Notes: a model not told the origin generated them from the sequence alone. A stretch of DNA of 64,000 nt from Candidatus Aenigmatarchaeota archaeon (GCA_043802485.1 JAZDKZ010000001.1:64622-128621); one strand, 5' to 3'; shown: positions 54,067 through 62,378, counted from the stretch's first letter. A program made the numbers and translations.

Positions 54067-55109
54067 ACAAAGTGTCAACCATCATAATACCTGTCTACAA
54101 CGAGGAGGGCGTCATAGCAGAGACGCTGATGAAGAACGCAGCAGCTTTCGAGAAAATGCGAAGCAGCATCCAGGAGATAATTGTTGTTGATGACGGGTCG
54201 ATAGACAACTCGAAAAGGGAGATAAATAATTTCATAAGGAACTACAAGGGCAGGCTGAAGATAAGGCTTGTCCCGCACACCACGAACATGGGAAAGGCCC
54301 AGGCCCTTAACACAGGCATAAGGCATGCCAAGGGCGATTACGTGCTGCTTTCCGACTCTGACTCATGGATGGACAAGGACACCCCTGAAAAGATCATCCT
54401 TGAGATGGCAGAGTCAGGAGCCTCGTGCATTGTCGGCCATGTCGTGCCTGCGCAGAACACCCTGCTCACCAGGCTGCAGAAGATGGAGTACGACTTTGAC
54501 CAGAAGATAATCAGGACAGTGCAGTCCATCTACACCAACGTCATATCCATACCAGGCCCGCTCTACTTTACCAAGAAGAGCATAGTTGAAAAGATAAAGT
54601 TCGACAAGTACAGCATCGTGGAGGACTTTAAGATAGGCATAGAGATGAACAGGAAAGACCAGAGGATATTGCCTTCTGACGCCATCGTCTACTCCTATTC
54701 GCCCACAAAATTATCACAGCTGAGAAAGCAGAGGCTGAGATGGTTCGGCGGCATACTCAAAGAGTCCATAGTCAACAGGGCAGTCTGGAAAAAGAACCCG
54801 TTCTACCTTTTCAATGTCATAATGTGCTTTGCATCCTTCCTTTTCACCATAGCAACAATGGCGCTGTTCAGCCTCATGATTTATTTTGCGACCAATCCGG
54901 CCAACCTCATGGTGAACTTTTTCATATTCTTCCTTTTCTTCTGCTTTGCCATATCCGGCATGTACGCCTTTGCCGTGAGAAAGTTCGAGCTGGACGCCTT
55001 CATAGCCTTCCCCATGTACCTGACCTTCCTTTTCCTGATCAGGACAGAGGTGGTGATAAAGGTGGTTCTGGGAAGGAAGTTCACCTGGGGCACCAGGGAA
55101 TACCGCTAG
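54063..55109 (+). CDS. Family 2 glycosyltransferase, processive beta-polysaccharide synthase type
   Basis: Contains IIIPVYNEE, VVDDGSIDNS, LLSDSDS (DxD), SIVEDFKIG and QRLRWFGG (the Q[RQ]xRW motif). About four C-terminal TM helices follow. Confidence 0.85.
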   Translation: MNKVSTIIIPVYNEEGVIAETLMKNAAAFEKMRSSIQEIIVVDDGSIDNSKREINNFIRNYKGRLKIRLVPHTTNMGKAQALNTGIRHAKGDYVLLSDSDSWMDKDTPEKIILEMAESGASCIVGHVVPAQNTLLTRLQKMEYDFDQKIIRTVQSIYTNVISIPGPLYFTKKSIVEKIKFDKYSIVEDFKIGIEMNRKDQRILPSDAIVYSYSPTKLSQLRKQRLRWFGGILKESIVNRAVWKKNPFYLFNVIMCFASFLFTIATMALFSLMIYFATNPANLMVNFFIFFLFFCFAISGMYAFAVRKFELDAFIAFPMYLTFLFLIRTEVVIKVVLGRKFTWGTREYR

Positions 55110-55453
55110 CACTTTTCAGAATAGGTGTTGGTCATGACACTCACAAGGTCTGGCAGCATCTCTAGGCTTTTGGCAATGCTTAACTTCAGGACATCCTTGA
55201 AGACGTCATAGAAAATGACAAGCTGCTGGTTGAGCATGTCCGAGACCCCAAAGTCCTGCATCAGCTTTAACACATCTATTCTAACGGTCTGGTTGAGGGT
55301 GATGTTGGGCATGTTTGTGGCATTGATCGCTATCTTGGGTATCATTATGGTCAGGTTGCCGACGGTTATGTTGACTGCAAGCACGGGCGTCACAGAAAGC
55401 AGGAAAATAGCCGCCATTATGAGCATTTTCATGAGAATAGATATTTTCGCCAA
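55106..55453 (-). CDS. Small secreted protein dense in N-glycosylation sequons
   Basis: Signal MAKISILMKMLIMAAIFLLSVTPVLA, then NIT, NLT, NAT, NIT and NQT within ~35 aa. Confidence 0.45.
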   Translation of the reverse strand: MAKISILMKMLIMAAIFLLSVTPVLAVNITVGNLTIMIPKIAINATNMPNITLNQTVRIDVLKLMQDFGVSDMLNQQLVIFYDVFKDVLKLSIAKSLEMLPDLVSVMTNTYSEKC

Positions 55454-55485
55454 GCTTATATAGATATATTTCCTACGTGCCAGTG

Positions 55486-55510
55486 GTCAAGTATTTATTG
55501 CTTTCTGTTC
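55486..55510 (+). promoter_or_regulatory. 25-nt promoter/operator-like element, copy 2 (upstream of the ArsR-family gene)
   Basis: Identical to 53276..53300. It ends 11 nt before the ATG at 55522. Confidence 0.55.
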
Positions 55511-55521
55511 AATAAAAGCCT

Positions 55522-55947
55522 ATGAATAAGATTTCCCTTAGGCTTATCGAGCCCATAGACGAGAACAATGATGTTGACATAATAGCAAGATTCATGCCTG
55601 AGATTGGGTCGATATGCTCCAATCAGACAAGGGCAGGCATAATCCACCTCATGATAAACACGCCCCAGACCATGCATTCCTTGAAGGTCGAGGAGATTTG
55701 CTTTAAACTGGGCATAAGGCAGTCTGTGGCAATCCATCATCTGGAGAGGCTGGAGGACTGGAAATTGGTTGAAGTTAAAAAAAACCAGTCGTACGGCAAC
55801 AGAACCAGGAGAAGCATATGGGGTCTTAATCTTAAGCATCCTACCTGGATATCTGAATGCTATAAAAGTGTAAGGGCTCACTTCTTTTCCGAGAACGAGC
55901 TGGACAGCGTAACCAATGTCAACAAGAGCCTGAGATTCTGCAGCTAG
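55522..55947 (+). CDS. ArsR/SmtB-family winged-helix transcriptional regulator
   Basis: Reads SNQTRAGIIHLMINTPQTMHSLKVEEICFKLGIRQSVAIHHLERLEDWKLVEVKK. Confidence 0.7.
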   Translation: MNKISLRLIEPIDENNDVDIIARFMPEIGSICSNQTRAGIIHLMINTPQTMHSLKVEEICFKLGIRQSVAIHHLERLEDWKLVEVKKNQSYGNRTRRSIWGLNLKHPTWISECYKSVRAHFFSENELDSVTNVNKSLRFCS

Positions 55948-56259
55948 AAAAGAATTTTGCAGCATTTTTCTGCAATATCAAAAATCCTTGTATGACTGAT
56001 TGTCTTATCTTTGTACAACAAAATCCGAATAACTATTTAAAGGAATGATGTTATGTAGCATTAATGTAATAATTCTGTACTAGTTTTGTGCGTAATTTGT
56101 CTCAACACCTCTTAAATACTTTTTTTCATTCATTCTGTTTATGCTTAACTTTCTAAAAGTTAGAGCGCCGAGGAGGGGCGCTATAACAAGCCGAGGTTCA
56201 CCGCAAAGCTTGGGCTTTCCTAGGGGAGCAAAATACCCAAAATATTATGGTGAAAAAAT

Positions 56260-56814
56260 ATGAATAAAATAATCGCAGCACTAGTTGGTTTGATGATGTT
56301 GGCAACACCTGTTTTAGCATGTCATGGACCTCAATGTTTACCAGACGACGCAACAATATCAACATTCTTCTTCGGAAGCGGAAGGAATGTATGGTTTAAT
56401 GATGTAGTCGGTGTAGACGAAAGAGTTGACGACGATTATGTGGTTGAAGACATGTGGACAATGAAGGGAGACATGACTGTTGTTCAAAACGTAAACATTG
56501 ACTTGCACGGATTTTCATCTGCAGAAGTAATAATGAACAAAGAAGCATGGATAAACCCAGCATACCACTACAGTGCAAACGTAGAGAAGGAAGTAGTCTG
56601 GGATGAAGAAGGAGAAGTCTACAGAGAAGCGATAACTGGTGGTGTATATAGCATATTTAGCGCAGGTGCTGATGAGGGAATTGTACAGGATGACATCAGA
56701 AGCGAAGCAAATCTATACATATTCCAGTCTGTAGGTTTGAACACAGGAACAAGATGTGAATACCCAAGCATGCCAGGTTTACCAGAAGGGCCAACCTGTT
56801 CATGGTGCCAGTAA
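56260..56814 (+). CDS. Secreted hypothetical protein
   Basis: Signal MNKIIAALVGLMMLATPVLA/CHG, with Cys pairs near both termini (CHGPQC and CEYPSMPGLPEGPTCSWCQ). Confidence 0.5.
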   Translation: MNKIIAALVGLMMLATPVLACHGPQCLPDDATISTFFFGSGRNVWFNDVVGVDERVDDDYVVEDMWTMKGDMTVVQNVNIDLHGFSSAEVIMNKEAWINPAYHYSANVEKEVVWDEEGEVYREAITGGVYSIFSAGADEGIVQDDIRSEANLYIFQSVGLNTGTRCEYPSMPGLPEGPTCSWCQ

Positions 56815-56828
56815 TATAATGAACCAAC

Positions 56829-56856
56829 CTTTATTTTTTTCTTTCCTTTTATTTTT
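56829..56856 (+). terminator. T-rich tract after 56260..56814 (terminator candidate)
   Basis: ctttatttttttctttccttttattttt begins 15 nt after the stop. Confidence 0.3.
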
Positions 56857-56912
56857 CAAGGAGAAACGGAAAGCATTTAAAGCTTTATAATTAACTACAA
56901 GATGGTAACAAA

Positions 56913-57731
56913 ATGAAGACAATAAGTTTGACAACGATTTTGATGATTATTCTATTCAGCACTGTGGCGTTCGCCACATCTGTTAACACAGACTATGAGG
57001 GAATGGGCGACTTTTACATGGAGACAACAATCATATCCCCTGTAGCGCCAGACATAACCGACACAGTCGATATCAACACAGGATGTGATGGTGGTTGCTG
57101 CTGCTGCCCAGACTGCTTTGGCGAGTACTCTGGCAACCAGTACATGACAAACAACCCGTTCTCCGCATCCGTTCATACTGCCGAAGTTACAGAGGGCTGT
57201 GTTGTCATAGAGCAGTACTATACTGATTACATCGACGGCCATACCATAGAGAGCTACTATTATACTTACTTTAATGGGACAGGAACTGCAGAATCATACA
57301 TATATGTTGTTCCAGGATTAGCTGAGAGCTACCAACTGGCAAACGGAACCGGTTCGTCCTATGTTTCATTCAGCCAGATAGCCTACATAGGAACTGAGTT
57401 TGATTTCTCAACAACATACGGCGGAGCCGTGTGGCTCTGCGCACCAGGCTATGCCGGTCTGTACAACCAGTACTATTACAGCGGCGGCCAGATATACTAC
57501 AACAGTGAGATGGGGCTGTACTGCTCGCCCACAGATGGGAGCAGCATGGATAACTTCCTGTTCGCCTCAGCCACAGACCACTTTAGTCTGAATAGCCAAT
57601 TGGAAATTGGCGACATTGAAAGTACCCAGAATGTTGGTGTGGGCGAAGGAGAGGCAGAGTACGGCTTTACAGCCATTTTTTACGACATGTTTGATGATCT
57701 TTATTTCGGTTTCGAGATGGAGTTAGGGTGA
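56913..57731 (+). CDS. Secreted Tyr/Gly-rich protein with a CDGGCCCCPDC cysteine cluster
   Basis: Signal MKTISLTTILMIILFSTVAFA, 7 Cys within 11 residues at aa 58-68, and numerous Y-rich segments (YYTDYIDG, YYYTYFNG, YNQYYYSGGQIYYN). Confidence 0.5.
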   Translation: MKTISLTTILMIILFSTVAFATSVNTDYEGMGDFYMETTIISPVAPDITDTVDINTGCDGGCCCCPDCFGEYSGNQYMTNNPFSASVHTAEVTEGCVVIEQYYTDYIDGHTIESYYYTYFNGTGTAESYIYVVPGLAESYQLANGTGSSYVSFSQIAYIGTEFDFSTTYGGAVWLCAPGYAGLYNQYYYSGGQIYYNSEMGLYCSPTDGSSMDNFLFASATDHFSLNSQLEIGDIESTQNVGVGEGEAEYGFTAIFYDMFDDLYFGFEMELG

Positions 57732-57735
57732 AAAA

Positions 57736-58803
57736 ATGAACAAAATAATAATAGCAACAATAATGGGAATGATTTTGATAGCTCCGCTCGCATTAGCAGA
57801 CCAGGTTAACTTGGACATAAATGTCAACGGAACAGCCAACCTCAACATAACCGTTGACGCGGACGACACCTTGGCAAGGGAAATGATTACTGATATGCAG
57901 GAAGACGCCTATGGAACAATGACTGGTTCAGGGCCAAAAGACATGGTATTGGACGAGATAAAAGCAGGCGGGGGAAACCCAATCGTGACCACAGACGACA
58001 TGGGCACGATATACAGTCTTTGCGAGGACCCGTTCCTGAAGCAGTACCTGAACAACATCGGCAACCTACCACCTTTGGAATTCGTCGACTATGTGAAGGC
58101 TTTGGGTTATGACGACGAGGCTCACATAACCCTCATTTGGACCATATGCCAGCAGCTGTACATAACTCAGCAGGAAGCTGCCTGGTCTTCTGACTCTGGC
58201 GTGAAGCTGCCAGACATGGTGAGGTACATCGCAGGCGGTATAAGCTGGCTGATGGGCAAAGAGGTCAACCCGCCAGAAGGCTACAAGCAGATTGGAACAG
58301 CTTTGGACAGCTACTTTGCAAGCGACAGGGACGTGTGGATTCTGGTGAACAAGATAAGGGAGCTGGAAATAAGGCTGGAGACGCTCGAGAAGACCATGGA
58401 AAGGGTTGACACTGATACCTACTGCGACGCAAAGTTGGAGGCCATGGAAAAGTACAACCTAAGCTATGTGAAATGCGGCGAGAACTCTACCATCTATGCA
58501 CAGGTCAATCCAGACATTTTCGGATATGACATCTTGGGTTATACCAATGATGACAGATGCGAGGAAGACTGGACCTGCACAGAATGGGGCGAATGCGAGG
58601 ACGGAGAGATGAACAGAGTATGTACCGACGTTAATCTGTGCGGCACAACAAAGGACATACCTTTGGAGAGGCAGGGCTGCGTGGTGATAGAGATGCTGGT
58701 TGAGAAGCAAGTCGAGCCTGAAACACCACAGTTCTCTTACGTGGGCGTGTCTGATGCTCTTTCAAACCTTCAAGGTTTCCTTTTCCCATTGTTTATTGTT
58801 TAG
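57736..58803 (+). CDS. Secreted protein with a six-Cys TSP1-like module and a hydrophobic C-terminus
   Basis: Signal MNKIIIATIMGMILIAPLALA. The module CEEDWTCTEWGECEDGEMNRVCTDVNLCGTTKDIPLERQGC is co-linear with the one in 52467..53249. It starts 4 nt after the previous ORF. Confidence 0.55.
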   Translation: MNKIIIATIMGMILIAPLALADQVNLDINVNGTANLNITVDADDTLAREMITDMQEDAYGTMTGSGPKDMVLDEIKAGGGNPIVTTDDMGTIYSLCEDPFLKQYLNNIGNLPPLEFVDYVKALGYDDEAHITLIWTICQQLYITQQEAAWSSDSGVKLPDMVRYIAGGISWLMGKEVNPPEGYKQIGTALDSYFASDRDVWILVNKIRELEIRLETLEKTMERVDTDTYCDAKLEAMEKYNLSYVKCGENSTIYAQVNPDIFGYDILGYTNDDRCEEDWTCTEWGECEDGEMNRVCTDVNLCGTTKDIPLERQGCVVIEMLVEKQVEPETPQFSYVGVSDALSNLQGFLFPLFIV

Positions 58804-58981
58804 ATGGGGCAACTGAATTTTTTTGTAGCTTCTATGTAATTCGGCTAGGTTTAAACGTGGGCTATTTATCCTTTGGACTACAGTAGGATTCGGCTTCTAC
58901 AAGCCTTAGAATTTTTTAATTTCCTTTCTTTTTTCTTTTATTTTTATCAGAGATTTAAAGTTTTGTTTTCTATATAGGACT

Positions 58982-59770
58982 ATGAGAAGACTAACAGAGC
59001 AGATCACCGGTCTACCAGTTTATAAAAAACAACTTGGAAAGTTTACAATATTACACCCTGTAGACCAAATAAAGGGAATGATTATAAGCGCCAACACAGA
59101 CTCCAGCACAGAGAGCCTTTTCCCGCATCTTTCACAAGAGGATTTAACAAAAATTTTTGAAAGATCAAAAAATTACAGTGTCCTCAACTCAAAAATTATT
59201 AAGCATGATACGAGATTTACAGGCGTATATTCTGCAGAAATAGGCTCAATGTCAAACCAAGATATCAATATTCACATCCCCAACATAAGAAACGTTCGTA
59301 ATCCAGAATTAGTAGAACATTACTGTGATTGTAAAAAGATATCAAAATTAAGATTCAAAACTGATATTAACTTCTTACCTATTTTGGATGATTGGAAACT
59401 ATCATATGATAGAAAATACTATGCGGATTGGACTTGCCCACATATATGTGGTCTTGATTTCTATTTACGTAAAAAACTTAACGTTCAATCACTGGGAATA
59501 GAAGACAGGATAGAAAAGGGAGATTTTCATAATGACTATGTAAAACTTCTAGAAAAATACCCCGAATATCCTGATAGTGTTTTTAATTTTGTCTTTACCC
59601 ATTATACGCCTATCTACGTCAGTGCTGTGGACCATATTAATGAAATCAGAAGTTCTTATGGCTTGAAGGAATCATCATATCTTTCTGATCCAAGAATTAG
59701 AAATGTCATACCAAAACTAAACGTTAGTGAAGTAAAATTAAAAGAAATGGCTTCTCATATCGGTTTCTAA
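58982..59770 (+). CDS. Hypothetical cytoplasmic protein, possible SWIM-type zinc finger
   Basis: HYCDCKK...(35 aa)...WTCPHICG loosely fits CxC-x(n)-CxH. The gene is AT-rich and has no signal peptide. Confidence 0.3.
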   Translation: MRRLTEQITGLPVYKKQLGKFTILHPVDQIKGMIISANTDSSTESLFPHLSQEDLTKIFERSKNYSVLNSKIIKHDTRFTGVYSAEIGSMSNQDINIHIPNIRNVRNPELVEHYCDCKKISKLRFKTDINFLPILDDWKLSYDRKYYADWTCPHICGLDFYLRKKLNVQSLGIEDRIEKGDFHNDYVKLLEKYPEYPDSVFNFVFTHYTPIYVSAVDHINEIRSSYGLKESSYLSDPRIRNVIPKLNVSEVKLKEMASHIGF

Positions 59771-59828
59771 TTCATTTCCTGCTCTGAATAGGCATCAACT
59801 TTATATTATTGCTGTCAGAATTATAATA

Positions 59829-61940
59829 ATGAAAAAAGTTATTCTATTTTCCATATTGGCAATAGTCTTGCTGAGCTCAATAACACTGGCAATAACAGAT
59901 GCGAAAGCGTCAAAAATTAAGTCTAATAGAGTCATAGCGCGCACAAATTCTATGGCAGATAGGATGCTATTCAAAATGCAGGGGTGCAAAATAATTCACG
60001 AGCTGGAAGATGCGACTGCAATGAATTGCCCGGAGGCGATCGCTTCGAGATTCGAGCAGGATGAAGTTCTTTATATAATGGATTTACAAGCAGACCAACA
60101 AATAGGGGCGGACAAGGTCTGGGCTTTGGGCTATGACGGTACTGGGGTAACGGTCGCGGTTTTGGATACCGGGGTTGATTATAGTCATGTAGAGCTTGCG
60201 GACAGCATAGCTGGAGGGATGAGCTTTGTCTCATACACAACCAGCTATTCTGATGACCATGGGCATGGAACGCATGTCTCTGGAATAATAACCGCCAATG
60301 GTGTTGTGACCGGCGCAAAGGGAGTTGCTCCAGGAGCAAGGGTATGGATGGCAAAGGTTTGCGATTCTGGCGGTTCTTGCTATACAAGCGATATAGCAGC
60401 TGCGATTGATTATGTGGTTAATGGGCCTGATGGTGACCCAAGCACAGAAGATGGACTAGCAAAAATAATGAGCATAAGCTTGGGCGGCGGAGGAACCTTT
60501 AGGGCAAATTGTGATAATGACTACTTGGCTTCAAAAGTCAACTGGGCAGTAAGCAAAGGTGTGACGGTTGTAGCAGCAGCAGGCAATACCGGAGGAAAAG
60601 TCAGCAGCCCTGGTTGCGCAAGTGGGGCAATAGCGGTCGGGGCGGTCGACAAAGGCGATGTAAGGCCGTCTTGGTCTGGCTCAGGCAGTGCGTTAGATAT
60701 AGTTGCGCCAGGGGTGAGCATTTATTCCAGTCTGCCGGGCGGCACTTATGCGTCTTGGAGCGGTACTTCAATGGCAACACCGCATGTTTCAGCAACAGTG
60801 GCTTTGATGAGGCAGGTGAACCCGAGCTTGATGGATACTCAAATCAAAAGCATGCTTTATTCGACAGCCAAAGATTTAGGAAGTGCAGGATGGGATAGAT
60901 ATTACGGCTGGGGAAGAGTCGATGCTTACAACGCATACTTAGCTGTTAAACCAATAGAACCTGAATGCACAATTGATTCAGAATGTGATGACGGATTATA
61001 CTGTAACGGAGCTGAGGTATGTGTTTCAGGAGTTTGCCAATCAGGAACAGCAATTGTTTGTTCTTATCTAGATGACCAATGCAATGTTGGAGTTTGCGAT
61101 GAGGGTTCAGATAGTTGTGTAGCTCAACCAGTGTCTGATGGAACTTCATGTGATGATGGTTTGTTCTGTAATGTAGGAGAAACCTGCCAAAGCGGAGTTT
61201 GTACTGGAGGGAAAGCTTACAATTGTGGTGTTAATGATTCTTGTTCCATTGCTTCTTGTGATGAATCATCAGATAGCTGTTCAAGTTCACCAGTAGCAGA
61301 CGGAACAATTTGTGACGATAATTTGTTCTGTACAATAAATGACGTTTGTACAGTTGGTGTTTGCGGTGGAGAACAAAGAAACTGTGACGATGTTATAGGT
61401 TGTACTGCTGATTCTTGCAACGAGGGAACAGGCTCTTGCGATAATACGCCGGACAATTCAATATGCGACAATGGTTTATTCTGCGATGGAACAGAAACCT
61501 GTAGTGCTTTAACAGGATGTCAACTTGGAAATCCAATAACTTGTAATGATAATAATGAATGCACAATAGATAATTGTGTTGAAGGTTCAGGAACATGTGA
61601 AAACATCTGGCCGGCATGCGGTTTGGCGGATGAATGCTGCGGACCAAGTTGCATAAATGACTCAGACTGCGCAACAGCTGTTAAATGCTGGAGCGGAGAT
61701 TATCAATTTCTCTACAGGAATTCGAATCAGATGAAAAAATTCTGCAAGTGTGCAATGGGTACTTATGGATACAATAGTTACAGTTATAGTTGGGGAAGGA
61801 AAACAGTTTATTATTATTTAGACTCAGAAAACAATGAGAACTGGGTTGTGAGTTCAAGGTCATCATATCTTCCAGTAAACAAAGTAGTTTGTGCAGACAA
61901 TGTAACATACCCTACTGACGAAGATTACTACTATGGTTAA
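59829..61940 (+). CDS. Secreted subtilisin-like serine protease (S8) with four tandem 8-Cys repeats and a Tyr-rich C-terminal domain
   Basis: Signal MKKVILFSILAIVLLSSITLA. The catalytic triad motifs are VAVLDTGVD, HGTHVSGII and GTSMATPHVSA. Four ~50-aa repeats follow, of the form CDDGLFCNG.E.C..G.C..G....C.....C....C.EG...C. Confidence 0.9.
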   Translation: MKKVILFSILAIVLLSSITLAITDAKASKIKSNRVIARTNSMADRMLFKMQGCKIIHELEDATAMNCPEAIASRFEQDEVLYIMDLQADQQIGADKVWALGYDGTGVTVAVLDTGVDYSHVELADSIAGGMSFVSYTTSYSDDHGHGTHVSGIITANGVVTGAKGVAPGARVWMAKVCDSGGSCYTSDIAAAIDYVVNGPDGDPSTEDGLAKIMSISLGGGGTFRANCDNDYLASKVNWAVSKGVTVVAAAGNTGGKVSSPGCASGAIAVGAVDKGDVRPSWSGSGSALDIVAPGVSIYSSLPGGTYASWSGTSMATPHVSATVALMRQVNPSLMDTQIKSMLYSTAKDLGSAGWDRYYGWGRVDAYNAYLAVKPIEPECTIDSECDDGLYCNGAEVCVSGVCQSGTAIVCSYLDDQCNVGVCDEGSDSCVAQPVSDGTSCDDGLFCNVGETCQSGVCTGGKAYNCGVNDSCSIASCDESSDSCSSSPVADGTICDDNLFCTINDVCTVGVCGGEQRNCDDVIGCTADSCNEGTGSCDNTPDNSICDNGLFCDGTETCSALTGCQLGNPITCNDNNECTIDNCVEGSGTCENIWPACGLADECCGPSCINDSDCATAVKCWSGDYQFLYRNSNQMKKFCKCAMGTYGYNSYSYSWGRKTVYYYLDSENNENWVVSSRSSYLPVNKVVCADNVTYPTDEDYYYG

Positions 61941-61949
61941 AAATTCTTT

Positions 61950-62378
61950 TTATTTCCTGCTATGTACGGGAAGGTGTTTCTTTACAAGCTCTTTTTTCAT
62001 GGAAAAAATCTTGCTTATTATTTCCTTTCCCTGTTTGAATTCAACCTTTGTTCCGTAATAGTTTATGCTGTTCCTTATCCACCTCAGCCTGTCAAACTTC
62101 TCATAGTCAAAGCCCTTTAGCAGGTCTTTCAGCAGCTCTCCCGCGCAAGCGTGCGATAAAACCTTAAAGCCCCTGGAGACGCAGACCGCTTCCATAACTT
62201 CCCTTAAAGAATCGTAAGCGAGCGAAACATACGCGGAGATGTTTATGCTGTCGACCGGAGCCTTCCTTACCGCCGCCTCCTTTATGTCAGACATCTCCAC
62301 CAGCGATTTGATGAGCCCTTTGTTTATTCTCGTCCGCTTTATCAGCCCGTTCTCAAAGCACTCTTTCAAATCCATCAA
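61950..62378 (-). CDS. HEPN-domain protein (partner of the MNT)
   Basis: A 142-aa helical protein. FDRLRWIRNSINYYG sits where the HEPN Rx4-6H motif is expected. It overlaps the upstream MNT gene by 26 nt. Confidence 0.55.
   Translation of the reverse strand: MMDLKECFENGLIKRTRINKGLIKSLVEMSDIKEAAVRKAPVDSINISAYVSLAYDSLREVMEAVCVSRGFKVLSHACAGELLKDLLKGFDYEKFDRLRWIRNSINYYGTKVEFKQGKEIISKIFSMKKELVKKHLPVHSRK

Noticed and set aside
55495-55965. A 156-aa minus-strand ORF overlapping the ArsR gene
   Set aside because: The + strand product has a clear ArsR-type wHTH and sits right behind the conserved 25-nt promoter-like element. The minus-strand product has no motifs.
56040-56100. A possible C/D box sRNA (atgatgt C-box-like sequence at about 56047)
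   Set aside because: There is no matching CTGA D box at an appropriate distance and no terminal stem. The sequence is just AT-rich spacer.
46141-61940. A diversity-generating retroelement or other hypermutation system targeting the surface proteins
   Set aside because: No reverse transcriptase ORF was seen. I could find no template/variable nucleotide repeat pair by eye. The only long nucleotide repeat is the 25-nt promoter-like element.
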